From NCBI RefSeq assembly GCF_037042905.1, contig NC_087256.1, positions 4,278,001 through 4,342,000 of the forward strand: a stretch of DNA of 64,000 bases, written 5' to 3'. A program made the position numbers and the translations under genes. The stretch's first letter is position 1, and each line of letters opens with the position of its first letter. A model generated the notes under the pieces. That model was not told where the DNA came from. It made no database searches and saw nothing but the letters and a program-made list of their open reading frames with translations. Source of the stretch: Lytechinus pictus (Eukaryota). Shown here piece after piece: positions 27,017 through 39,466 of the stretch.

Positions 27017-28215
27017 ATCATTGGACACATTGATTTAGAAAAGAATATTGAGAAAACACTTTCAAATTCAAATAAGACTCTAAAGCCTCTTTAGTACAAA
27101 AGTATGGATGGACATTAAAAACAAATAAAAATGCACGCAAAATGGATCATAGCCCAAACATAAAGAGGATTCATTCTAAGGTGAGCAGTTAATGTCGAAA
27201 ACTGACATCTCAGATGTGACTTCCCCTTATACTAAAAATTGAGAATTAATACAAGAAATGGGTATTCTTACTGAAATCCCTTTACATTAGCTCTTACACG
27301 CATAAGCCTCGGAAAGTAATTTTTTCAAGATCGCGGTTGGCGGCCATCTTGGATTTGATCTGAAGATTATCCTTTTAGGCAAAATTACAGCATGAATTGA
27401 AAAAACATACCAAATGACTCATGAATAGAGTTATTATTCAGGATTCTGAGGCAAAGGGTTAAATAATTGATTTTTCAAGATGGCGTCATATGGCGGCCAT
27501 CTTGGATTTGACCTGAAGATGACATTATATAGCAAAATAGACAGCATAAATGGATTCTACACACCCCAAAACCCCTAAACAAAGGTATTACTCATCATTC
27601 TGGGGAAAGGGGTTCAACTTTAATTTTTCAAGATGGCATCTGGCGGCCATCTTGGATTTGACCTGAAGATGACCTTATATTCCAAAAATGATTCCAGAAA
27701 TCGGTTCTACACATCTCTAAACCCCTAAAACGAGTCATTACTCATCATTTTGTGGAAAGGGGTTCACATGTTAGATTTTCAAGATGGCATCTGGCGGCCA
27801 TTTTGGATTTATGCAAATTAGCAAAATTGCCCAAACGGCAACTTTGGGCAACCAAGCTGAATTTGTTCTAGGACCCCATAGGAACATGAATCAAGAAAAA
27901 AACTTCATCGGAAAGAACATTTCTAGATTCGGAAAATGACAAATCGACTAATGTATGGTCAGAAGAAAAAGTAGAAATAGAGAGAGAAAATTAAATGAAA
28001 GAATGGAAAAGAAGGATCATAGGCTACCAAAGGGTCAAAGTAAAAGAAGAGAAGATGAAGAAGATTGATCTGTCACATCCAATTAAGCACCATATAATTC
28101 TTCGACTGTTCAATCCGGGTCTGTTTTTCTTAATATTGTGCAGAAATGAGCAAATGCAAGAAAAATAATGATCATAAATTTACTCCTAATTCTACATTTG
28201 TTTTGTCCTGATCAG

Positions 28216-28410
28216 CTGGTATGTTGGTGTGTAACTGGTATAGGAATCTGGGCCCTGGTGGAAAGAGGAGATAATGTGAAGGTCACATCATATCTCGACT
28301 TCTTCACCGATCCAGCCATTGTCATGATCGTTGTTGGAGGTCTTGGTATCATTCTTAACTTTGCTGGGATTGTTGGTGCCCTAAGAGAGAACTGCTGTCT
28401 TCTTACTTTT
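28216..28410 (+). CDS. TspanC8 tetraspanin exon 2 (TM1-TM2)
   Basis: cag|LVCWCVTGIGIWAL...FAGIVGALRENCCLLTF|gtaagt, containing the GALREN motif. Confidence 0.93.
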
Positions 28411-29840
28411 GTAAGTATCCTAACAGAATGATGACGATTGTGGTGGGGAGGGGGGGGCATTGGTAATGCAGGATGTGATGATGATGATGAGGGTGATGAA
28501 TCGAAAGCTGCATATTTTATAGGAGAAATATTTATTTCACCTCACATAATATACACATAGTCCATGGCGGACCTTACATATTTAGTCCTTAGGTTGCTTA
28601 CGAACAAGCATTTACACTTTCTTAGCTATCAAGTAAAACACCAATTACCACTATATATTTTTGATATAGTTTCATTAATATGTTTACCAATTAAGTGGTG
28701 TGGAGTTGTGTAATATTTTTTCTTAGCTTCTATGTATATTTGTGATTTGTTTGATACTGTTTGAAACAACATAACTTTCCAAAATGATGTACGATACATA
28801 TATTGATTGGTATAATGGTCATCTTGTTTAAATTATAAGCCAAGAAAAGTGAGTAAGCATTTAGTTTTGGCACAAAGTGCTTAATTACTTGAAGAAATTA
28901 ACAATATATACAACCTTCCAAAGAAGTTGGATATTTGCCAAAATTTTAGCATTTTTTAGACCACGATTTGCAAAAAAAACAAAACAATTTACCTCTTCTA
29001 ATTCAAATTTCTCTGAAGTCTAACAGATTACTGTCCCAAAAAATCATGCTTGGGCAAAATTACCCTGTATGTACATAAAGATAACCCTCCCATAGCGTAT
29101 CATGAAACCAGACTGACCATATACATTATACTATTGTAAAACCTTGATTGGTGTTTCATATCAAACTTACACAGTTGGAGATAGACAAATATAGTCAATC
29201 TCCATTTGTCAGATGTGTGAAAACAAAATAAAGATGCTGAATTTCTTGTGCTATCACACAGACACCACTCCTTTTTTCCTGTGAATAGCTCTTCAAAAGG
29301 CTAGGTCTGCTTGTCTAGATACCTACGTGCTTTCCAAATTGCCCCATTCACCTGTCCATTTGTGTTGGATTGGGAATTATATGCATGGTTTTTCATATAT
29401 ATACTCTGTCAGATGTTTGAAAAACCACTGAGTGAGGAAGGCAAGTCCCTCATGATGTGAATAGAAGAATTTCATATCATACTTTTTAATCATATTTATT
29501 CATGCAAAAGGCAGGTGTCATTTTGCTTGATATGGAATACATGTACATCTATCTTTATACATTTTTTCTCTTATGTTTTATTGGGATGAAGTAGGAAACA
29601 AAAAAATACAAAGTAACAAGCATAAATATCATATTACAAAAAAAAGGAAATAGGTACGACGATGAGGGAAAATTTGATGTAGTATACAAAGGGCAGCAAA
29701 ACTGAATGAACTATTGTTGTAGTAAGATGAAATCCCAGAGGTTAAAAGCAAAGCACCAAACCAACCATATACACCCACTGTCTGATCTTTATTCATCCTT
29801 ATTTTTGTCTTCATATTTTGTTTCTACTTTTATTTTGCAG

Positions 29841-29915
29841 TTTTATCTTTCAATGATCCTCATCTTCATCTTAGAAGTTACAGCTGGTATTCTGGCTTTT
29901 GCTTTCAGTGGACAG
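29841..29915 (+). CDS. TspanC8 tetraspanin exon 3 (TM3)
   Basis: tgcag|FYLSMILIFILEVTAGILAFAFSGQ|gtagg. Confidence 0.92.
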
Positions 29916-31278
29916 GTAGGTTTAAAGTTAAATTAGGCTTATTTAAATGAAGCAATCAATCAAAATAAACATTTCAGCAATCATTGTGCAAACAAAATTT
30001 ATCAGTGGTTTTTCATCAGGTTTCATAAGCTTTACAGTGTTGGGGACAACTTATGCTTAAATTTGATTAATTAAACTTGATGTTGGACTAAAATATTTCC
30101 TCTGCAGTTAAGAAAAGGTTGAGACTTCATTAAAAGGGAGGGTTTCATTAATATGATTACATTTTTCTTGTTGGCCCAAACAAATATTAAAACAATATTA
30201 TATAAAATTAAATTTTACTGTCAATATTGGTGTAGATTTGTTTATTGAGTTGAGGAAGTGCCGAGTGAACACTGCACCTCCAGGCAAAATGATGTGTTTT
30301 TTTGTATACCCCAGTATAATCAATATTACACCCTGCTCCTGACAAGAAATTGTGTAATCTACTTGATATTTAATATGCGCTTTATCTTATTATACACAAG
30401 TAATTCTACCTTTAGTTTGGTTAATGACTCTAAATATTATTTACGTATAGCGCCACCTTTCATGATCTGATATAAATTCTGTAGTGTGGATAAGTGGAAA
30501 GAGTTATTACTGGTATAATTATTATTGTTATTTCTCTTTATTCAGTTGGTAAATTAGTCTAAAAATATGTAGATTTATAATGCAAGTTATTGAATAATAC
30601 TACAAAAAGAGCTTTAAGAGTAAGTAAATAGTTTAGAAAAAAAATACTCAAGTAAGATTGTCTCTCATTAATACTTTTCTTCATGAGGGGGATGAAATTT
30701 GCTTTCTTATAAAATTCTCTAGTTTGATTAAAGCAGGATTTTTTGATAGCATGGGTGGTAATCCCACCCCTGCCACCATATTAGTAGAAATGAAAGAAAT
30801 GAACATGATACAATTTGTATTAATTGATGACCTTGTCATGGAAATGTATTGTGAATCAAAACTTTCTCCTCTCGTATGACAGTCAGCCAATGTGAGATGG
30901 AACTATATATGTTTAAACTGTTTGTATGAGATTTCATATTGAAATAGCACAATCTGCATTTATTATAAAATCCATCTCTCCCGTTATTTATTATATATAC
31001 ATATATATGTGTTTCTTTCATTTGTCATCTCTCTCTCTCTCTTCTGTTCTCTCTCCTTTCTCCCTCCATATCTCTTGCTTTCTTCAATATTCATATTTCC
31101 TTAAAAATATTCTTCAACTGTGCTCTCTTCTAATCATATCTTGCATCTTTTCTGTTTCTGCCCCCCTCCCTATTTCACATTCCTTCCATCTGCTCTCTTT
31201 CCATCTCTATCTCTCCCACTATTCCTCTTTCTCTCCAATCTTTCCCCCTATAAATCATCCACCCACACCTACCTGCAG

Positions 31279-31374
31279 TTTTTCACAGCAGTAGACGAGG
31301 TAGTAGAGCAAGCAATAATGAATTACAGAGAAGATGGAGATACTACCAATTTCATTGATTACGCACAAAGAACG
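31279..31374 (+). CDS. TspanC8 tetraspanin exon 4 (large extracellular loop helices)
   Basis: tgcag|FFTAVDEVVEQAIMNYREDGDTTNFIDYAQRT|gtaggt. Confidence 0.9.
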
Positions 31375-31693
31375 GTAGGTACCTGCATCCCTTTCTACAC
31401 TGATTTATAGATTTACGTCATAGTATCGTATTCTAGCATTATTGTCAGCTATTCAGCTATTATATTTCCCAAAGGGGGTTTATCTTTGAATTGGTACCTT
31501 GCACTACCATAATTCATTAAATGAATTTTTCAGATTTTATTTTGCATCACATCGTTTCCTGCTAGAGATGTTTCTAAAATGAAATTAGAATTTTGTCTCA
31601 CCTAATTATGTGCAGAAGCTAATGTTGTATCATATGGATGCTATTTTTCTTTATGAAGGTCAATAATTAGAAATAATGAATATGAAAATTTCT

Positions 31694-31907
31694 GGTTCCA
31701 TGACATTTGCTCCGGCGACTATTGCTCCGATGGAAAATCTACACATTAAGCAAAACATAAAACCTAACCTCCAAAACTAAATAAACCCTAATCGTAATAT
31801 TTACATTATTCTGAACCAAAATCTCTATCACAATCCTAACTCTAATCATATGCCTTCTGAGATATTAAGACCGGAGCAATTGTCGCAGGAGCAGATGTCG
31901 TGTCACC
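31694..31907. mobile_element. MITE with 8-bp TSD (MULE/Merlin-like)
   Basis: AAATTTCT duplicated at 31686-31693 and 31908-31915; TIRs GGTTCCATGACATTTGCTCCGGCGAC / GTCGCAGGAGCAGATGTCGTGTCACC. Confidence 0.75.
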
Positions 31908-32183
31908 AAATTTCTACCCTGTACCCTTTCCTTTGAAGGGTGTCTTTCATTTTTGCCTGATATTTTGTCGAATATTAGATGCATAGTGTTTGGCAAGTTG
32001 TAAAAGTATAGGTATTCATCTCTGTTTGTATTTATAATATCTGAAATATTACTACACTTAATGACACTTTGACGTTCATAACCTTGATTGGAATATAATA
32101 CATTATGTCAATAAAAAAAGACAAAGAAAACATTCCTGAGTCTATTTTTAATTTTATCTTTTTTTCTTCAAACCTTCTTTCAG

Positions 32184-32360
32184 CTGGATTGCTGTGGTGG
32201 AGATGGGGGCTACAGGGATTGGACACTTAATAGATACTTCAATTGTTCAGATACTAATCCAAGTATAGAGCGATGTGGTGTTCCATACTCCTGCTGCCGG
32301 CCCGAGTCTCCAGATGCTATTATCAACACTCAGTGTGGCTTCAATGTACAAATACAAACG
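32184..32360 (+). CDS. TspanC8 tetraspanin exon 5 (CCG motif, cysteine-rich loop)
   Basis: ttcag|[32 protein letters not shown]..|gtatgt. Seven Cys here plus one in exon 6 give 8 loop cysteines. Confidence 0.95.
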
Positions 32361-33468
32361 GTATGTATCAAAATGATCTCATGACCCCCCAAAAGAAAAA
32401 AAATAGAGAAATAAAAAAAATATATATATCTCTGTCTCAAAAACGGGCAGCTCAGACAATGTTTTTTTAAAGATTTTTGACAATGGTGGAAAATTCATAT
32501 TGTCTGAAAACATTCTTGTAACTCCTGTAGGAAACACTTTCGAGGCAAAACGTTGCCACTGTAAAACTCTAAATTAGAGCTTTATTCCCAACTGGCCTCA
32601 TTTAAAAAAAAAAATAAGATACAATGTTTCAACTGCCCATCAACAAATTATTCCCATTGAATAAATGATAAAATCTTTAAACCCAACACTAAGCTTAAAG
32701 CTTTTCCTCACATTATTCTAAATCAACCCCTTTCTTATGTTTCACAACAATAACCCCTAAATTCTCTAAGAGATATCAAGACAGAAACATTAACCACATA
32801 AGCACATTTGGGTTATCCTTTTTTACCATGGACTAAGATTAATGTTTGTAAGCAACATTGCCAAATCTCTGTCTATATGATGTTATCTAACATGTTTTAA
32901 ATTCTAGTCTTGAGCATATATGTGTTTAAAATTTTGGAGCTGTTTGAGAGCCATTATGCTAGAAAATTAAATTAATAGTTTTGTTTTATATTTGACTAAA
33001 GAAAGTTACATCACAGATTTAAAACATAAATTAAATTGAATTTTTTTAAATTGAAAATTGACTGTGAATGATCAAGTTCTTTATCATTATTGTGCACAAT
33101 TGAATTTTCTAATAAGTTTTCATCTGGCCAATAATATGTCACTAGTTGTCATTATCGTTGTTGTGTTTGATTTCTTATGATTAATTGAATAAGATCAAGA
33201 ATGGAAAAATAATTTAAATAAAACAAAAGTTAATCAAAAGCATCCTATTATTAAGTGTTGAATTTGCCAATTTTCATTTTATCTTACACAATGTGATACA
33301 TTTACATGTAGTTGACCCATGTAATGATAATTAAAAAAACAATAGCTACATTTATTTAGCACTTAAAATACATTGTGTTTCTATCAAAGTGCTTTACATT
33401 GCAATTATTGTTACCCCTGTCATGTAAACGATGCAAATATGAATATTATTTCATTTCTATCTCTACAG

Positions 33469-33585
33469 TCAGCTGAAATAGTTGATGAAATATACGTCAT
33501 TGGCTGCGTAGACGGCTTCGTACTGTTTGTCAATGAGAAGAGCTTGATCGTTGGTCTCACTATTTTTGGAATTGCCCTTATTCAG
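33469..33585 (+). CDS. TspanC8 tetraspanin exon 6
   Basis: tacag|SAEIVDEIYVIGCVDGFVLFVNEKSLIVGLTIFGIALIQ|gttagt, containing the IY..GC motif and the start of TM4. Confidence 0.92.
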
Positions 33586-34291
33586 GTTAGTCAGCCCACT
33601 GAAAAGAGAGAGTTTGACTATCCAAAGACAGTCATGATTTTACTACCCAAAGATAGTCAAGTGTTGACTCTTTCTCATATATGAGAAAATTACTATTTTT
33701 AGAATCTTTCAATTCCATCATCATAAGGTATCCCAAGATGCCTACAAACTATGATAATATATAAATCAGAAAGTCTGTTTAGCAGCCAAGTATTGACTCT
33801 CCTCTGATGGGGGAGTGTGATTATCTTTAATCAAACAATCATAGTAGTGGAATATTGACTATCCTTGGAGATGCAACTTTTATTCCAGTGAAAGATATTA
33901 ATTTTCCATGTCATCACTGAAATCTAGATTGATGAGTAGTTTGGATATACTGTATTAATTTAGTGCTTGGAGAAAGCTTTCACTGTATCAGTGATGTCCC
34001 AGTAACTATATGTCCTGTGTATTATTGTATCATACCAAGTGAGAATTTCATGAAAATGTCTGGGACACCTAAAAACCATTACTGAAATCCATACATCTAA
34101 TTAACTGAAATAAAATTATCAGAGGAATCACTTGCAAGATGAACTGTTTGGAACATTATTTTTATTATTATCTTTGGACTCTGGTCTAAGTTGTTAAATG
34201 ATAAAAATGTGTAATAATTCGATAGGTTTTGATAAAAGACACCTTGATACTTCATAGGTTAATCATGTTTTTCTGAATTTCTTAATTTCAG

Positions 34292-34423
34292 CTTCTAGTG
34301 ATGTTACTAGCCTTCATCCTAAGCAGGCAGATAGAGAAAGAATATGAGTTCTACCAAGAGTTCAAAAGCAAGAGCACCAATGGACTTACTGGAATAAGGA
34401 CAGTGTCTGGGAACCAGTTTTAG
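34292..34423 (+). CDS. TspanC8 tetraspanin exon 7 (last coding exon)
   Basis: ttcag|LLVMLLAFILSRQIEKEYEFYQEFKSKSTNGLTGIRTVSGNQF-TAG. Confidence 0.88.
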   Translation, partial: LLVMLLAFILSRQIEKEYEFYQEFKSKSTNGLTGIRTVSGNQF

Positions 34424-35773
34424 GCAGTTGTAACCAGTTCAAACTGCCTTTTAGACTTTAGGGGAGCTTTTCATAATGCATTTTTCAGGGTTTTTGTCTT
34501 TCAAATTGGCTCTTGGCCAATCAGAGGCAAGAATTTCAAATGATTGTGAAAGTTGTCATTGGTAATCACAGAAAACTTGTATTATGAAACCCTCCCCAGC
34601 ACCTTCATGTAAAAAATAAAATGTAATCTTATTTAAGTATTTTTTAATGAGAGAACAAAATTGTGCTCAGGGACCAGTAACACCAAGATACACAATCAAG
34701 TGAAAATTTCAAACATCGCTTCCAATTGGCCTCAAGTGAACAATATGTTATAATCTTGATTGCCTATTTACAATTGATTATGTACCTTTGTGGTACCATA
34801 CCATGGTATATACTATGAATATATATTTGTAATTAGCTTGTAATTTTTCAAGATGCTGAGGTGAAGATGAGGATTTTTTTCAGAGCATAAGGAAAACATG
34901 GCTTCAAATCCCAATGTGGCAATATTCTTATGCAAGACATTTGACTTTGCCAGACCTAATGTAGACGAAGTGAAGTGACACATGGGTCCTCTTGCAATAA
35001 AGTTACTGTTATGGTAACTCTGCCATTCAATGGTAACTACCATGGTAACAATGTTCAACAACCAATCAAATTCAAGCATTCCATGAAAGATACCTTTGGA
35101 TGACAAACTTACCATAATAGTAACTTTTATGCAACAGGGCTTTGGAGGGTTTTTTCTGTAAATATAACAAAATTATTGCTGTAATTGCTGAAGCTAGGTG
35201 GCCAAGAGAATATATCCGAAAGACCCTAGGAGTACTTTGAAATGTTAATTCATTAAACAAATTAGCAATTTAATGGATGTAAAAGAATTGAAATATAAAT
35301 TCATAACAAAGATTTCAAAAGAGATCACATAGAATGGCTTGTGACAAATAAAAGAATAAAATTAAGTCAAGCTGTTGTTAATTGAAGATATAAGTATTTA
35401 TTTGATAGTTGTATAGCTTAAAAACATCACTGGATCATATATATGATGTGGTCTAGTTATTCTCATATTGAAGTTTGTGAATTATTAATTATTGGTACCC
35501 CAGAAGACAAAGACTTGGTTTGAACACCCCTTCCCATTACCCAAACATTCTGAATTCATATATTCAAGGGAAATGGTTTGAATCTTCCCATTCCCCAAAC
35601 ATTCTGAATTCATATGTTCAAGGGAAATGGTTTGAATTTTGACCATTTCAAGCTCTTGTTTTCAGATAATATTTCTTATTTTTAAAACTAATTCAATTTT
35701 GAGAATGCTTTTTGTTCACTTTGACAAGGTGCCAGGTCTGCATATAGAATGATAGCGATTTTATGATGTTCCA

Positions 35774-35947
35774 CCTGGTGGGTGTTTCATGAAAGTTGTC
35801 AGCACTGACTAAATTGTCAGTGATGACAATTTCAGTGAAATCCTTGGTTTTGATAGGCTAAAGGCACTGGCCTCTGACTGTTACTATGGTAACTGTCGGA
35901 GAAAGACAACTTGTCAGTGCTGACAACTTTCATGAAACGGTCCCCTG
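35774..35947. mobile_element. Short palindromic MITE
   Basis: GTTTCATGAAAGTTGTCAGCACTGAC ... GTCAGTGCTGACAACTTTCATGAAAC inverted repeat. Confidence 0.7.
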
Positions 35948-36988
35948 TTGTGCCTTTGTTCGAAGTTTTACTTCTTTTGAAATCTCTCAATATTTACCAA
36001 GCACAAATTATATTATATAAATGCACTATTGTCTATACACATTCACTTGCTAATGGGTAGATTTATTCCAGATTAAGTACTTTGGAATGATCAGCATATA
36101 CTGATTATAACTTCTTTCTGCACAATTACATTGCAGTTCTAAGAAAGACATCAAATTATTTTCACCTACATGTACCATTTTAGTTTTCCTGTGTTTGAGT
36201 CATGTTGTAAGAATATATTCACAATGATGTAGAATTATTTTAATTATCTATCTGACATTTTGGCTGTAGCTATATTTAGTCATGTGTTATGTCTAAGAAG
36301 AGATTATGTCTAAAAAATTCTTAGGAGTTTCAAATTCATCTACATGTAAGAGACTTATTATGGTTACACTCATCAAATATTTACCCGTTTTTGGAAACTA
36401 TTGTCTGCATAACTGCAAGCTTCACCAGCCATTTACTGTTATTTATATCATTACATTGATTAAACATTCTACTCAGCGGCTGAGAAAGCTCCCAGAATGT
36501 GTTTTTTTTTCTTGTGGTTTAGTTTTCTTGAATGTAAATTCTGGCTCAAACTTAAACAGGAAAGTAAACAGAAAAGTAATTATACTTCCGGAAGTGTGTT
36601 ATGAATTTTTTTTGCATAACTGAATCAAAATTTGTTCTGACTGTATTATTTAGATATTCTGATATATTTTCTATCAGCCATATTTCATTATATAAAAATG
36701 AACATTTTTATTGAAAGCTTTCAATGAAATCTTCTCATTCTTTGTATTCTATAATAATAATGTGCTTTGTACAGAATAATGAGACTGAGAGTAATCTAAT
36801 GATATATATATATATGCATCATGTTTAAGTGTCTTTTGATTGGTTTCATTCAATTTGATTAATGATGATGATTCTGAGAATGTTATTGAACAGCATTACA
36901 TTGCTGGTTTCATCCACACGGAAGGGAGAGAGTGATTTTGCATTTTGTATAATTGAATTTACATATCAGCTGCCATCAAAGTGGTTAA

Positions 36989-37463
36989 AGGGGAATTTCA
37001 CCCTGACATAAAGTGTATTGTAAAAATAGCAGAAAAAATAATAGAAAATATTGTTGAAGGTTTCAGGAAAATCCACCAAAGATTTTATAAGTAATTAGGA
37101 TTTATATTTTTGATTTGTGACATCACATGTGAGTAGCTTCACATGTATCGTGAATACAAAAATATTTATATGAAATGTCATTTAATGAAAAATAGGGTTT
37201 TATTGTACCTTTGGTATATCAACAGACAAAATATTTCACATCCACTCCTGAAAGAAGAAAATTTTTAGTCATAAACCATTAATAAAAAAATAAACATTAC
37301 ACAACATATGGGGCAGCTGCTCGTTTATGACATCACAAATAAAAACCTTAGCATTATAACTTTAATTTTTAATGGATTTTCCTCAAACCTTCCCCAACAG
37401 TTTTCATTATTTTTTTTTTGCTATTTTTATAAAAAAAACTTTTTGTCAGGGTGAACTTCCCCT
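36989..37463. mobile_element. Kolobok-type MITE, family copy 1
   Basis: TTAA|AGGGGAATTTCACCCTGA ... TCAGGGTGAACTTCCCCT|TCAA. Confidence 0.78.
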
Positions 37464-37672
37464 TCAACACTATGAAACCTAGGGCTGCTGGAGTATATTG
37501 ATGGATGTCATGCATGGCAAACCATTCATTTATTTTGTAAACAGGAAATCTTTGTACATTACAAACACACAGCATAGAGTTTGTTCATGGCGAATACAAC
37601 TGGAGAGGCATTATTTTGTTCATGCGGAGTGTTGAACAGGGTCCACAGAAGCTAGCCAATGCTGGTGACTAT

Positions 37673-38070
37673 GACACTGTTCTCACTACCTTCCTAAAAC
37701 TAAAACTAGTTTACTGGAAACTACTTGAACGTGTAATGAGAACGGTCAAAGCGATCTTGGATCGCTTTGTCTCGTTAAACTGGTTTTAGCGTGAGGACAC
37801 AACCATTCTTTGGGAAACGATCTTTGCACATTTTGAGCGCGCTACTCCACACAACAGGTGTGGAATGCCTACACTGCGGTTTTGAATTTTGTGCGAAACG
37901 TGTCACCCCGCACTGTGAGCATTTCCATAGCAACAAGATCGCTTTATGTGAAGTGATTTTGAAAACCACTTTCGTGCAATCAAATGGGAATGCTAGCAAA
38001 GCAATCTTCCAAACTGGTTTCCTGAACAGGTTTCCAGTAAACTAGTTTTGGAAAGCATGAGAATGGTGTC
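37673..38070. mobile_element. MITE
   Basis: GACACTGTTCTCA..AAAACTAGTTTACTGGAAAC / GTTTCCAGTAAACTAGTTTT..TGAGAATGGTGTC inverted ends. Confidence 0.7.
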
Positions 38071-39241
38071 TACTGTCTATGGACCCTTGTAGTGGGGGAA
38101 CAACTAAAGACATACAGGAACATTGGGAGCATATATGATTTAATTTTGAACAATCTCAGCCAAGATAAAAACTGTATACGATGGCATACCTCCTTAAAAC
38201 CCCTGAAATAAAACTAAAACAAACAAATGAAATATGCAACACGTCCTAGCAATGTTGTAAATTCAACAAGGCTGTTGATAGGATCAATTTTTAGATACCG
38301 TTTTCAAACAATGACTCAGATTTGCTCTACTTTGTTTTTACATCCCGGTGATACAAAAGTATTATTTTTTTCAAGGAGCAACAGTTTTCACATTTTACAA
38401 GGAAATTGAAATGGAATGTTACAAGAACCGGAAGTTAACAAAATATCATTTTCAACTAAATTACTTGGCTCGGATACTAATTTATTTAAAAGTATTTCCC
38501 GCTGCCAGATTTTTATTTTAAAGCTGTATATCATACAGGTATGATTACATCATTTTAAAGTAGCTTCTTCAAATACAATGATTTTTAATTTCTAACAAGG
38601 AAATCAAAATGACTGTTACAAAAACTGAAGGTAAAAAGAAGTATCATTTTCAATTAGTTGCCTCAGATTTTTCTCCATATATTTCTAGGTAATTCTCACT
38701 TATAATAGAGACTTTCAGACTATAATTTTAAATCTATATTGCATAAATGTTAACTTCATGTCAAGCAGACTTCAAATGCAGTACAAATATTATTTTTTTA
38801 AACTGAAATGAGTGTTGCAAGAACTAGGAGTCAAAACAGAATATCATTTTCAAATAGTTGGCTCATGCATCTTCATTAAATAGGTACTTCCTCTTTTAAA
38901 AATACAAACCAATTTATTTAGTAGATGGATTTGACCATTAATTGATGTTAGAATACTAGTAGTTAACATAAATGTACATTCAGAAATAATTTGTGATTTA
39001 GACTAATTTAAGTTCAATTTTTTTTCTGGTCAGTGTACAAACAAAATTAATTCTACATTTAAACCATTTTGGTGAAGTCATCCATTTTTTTTTTGTGTAT
39101 TTCAACAATATTCACAAGACGGCTTAAAATCATTCAAAGTGACTGTCTTATTCTTTAAATGACAAACGATAGCACATATCTCATCTTTAAATGCAAGTAA
39201 TGTGAATACCCTGACACCTCCAACCATTGTGAGTGATGATA

Positions 39242-39466
39242 CAGTGGTGCTTATAGTGAACCCCACCAGAAAATTAACACATTTTAAGTGTTCAAGTTCT
39301 GCCATGTTTTAGATATTCAATTGTGAAGTCAGGTGATAAAATATTACATTCAATAAAGTTTGTTTCTCTGGCCTTGCCTAACATTGTAGTGTTGTTGTCT
39401 ACATTCAACACTCGGCATGAAGGAGTGCATTAAGTGGTGGGGTTCATTAACTTATGAGCACCACTG
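39242..39466. mobile_element. Tc1/mariner-type MITE
   Basis: TA|CAGTGGTGCTTATA..TGAACCCCAC / GTGGGGTTCA..TATGAGCACCACTG|TA. Confidence 0.78.

Larger units (their letters stand above)
24186..27950. mobile_element. Long-TIR foldback non-autonomous DNA transposon (Academ-like) in tetraspanin intron 1
   Basis: Ends TAGTCGATTTG / CAAATCGACTA with 3-bp ATG duplication. The arms are inverted over hundreds of bp with ~120-bp subrepeats (GGTCAAATCCAAGATGGCCGCC). Superfamily inferred from TAG..CTA ends and the short TSD. Confidence 0.8.

Noticed and set aside
38415-38880. CRISPR-like repeat-spacer array
   Set aside because: Eukaryotic context, highly degenerate repeats, ~150-bp spacers and no cas genes.
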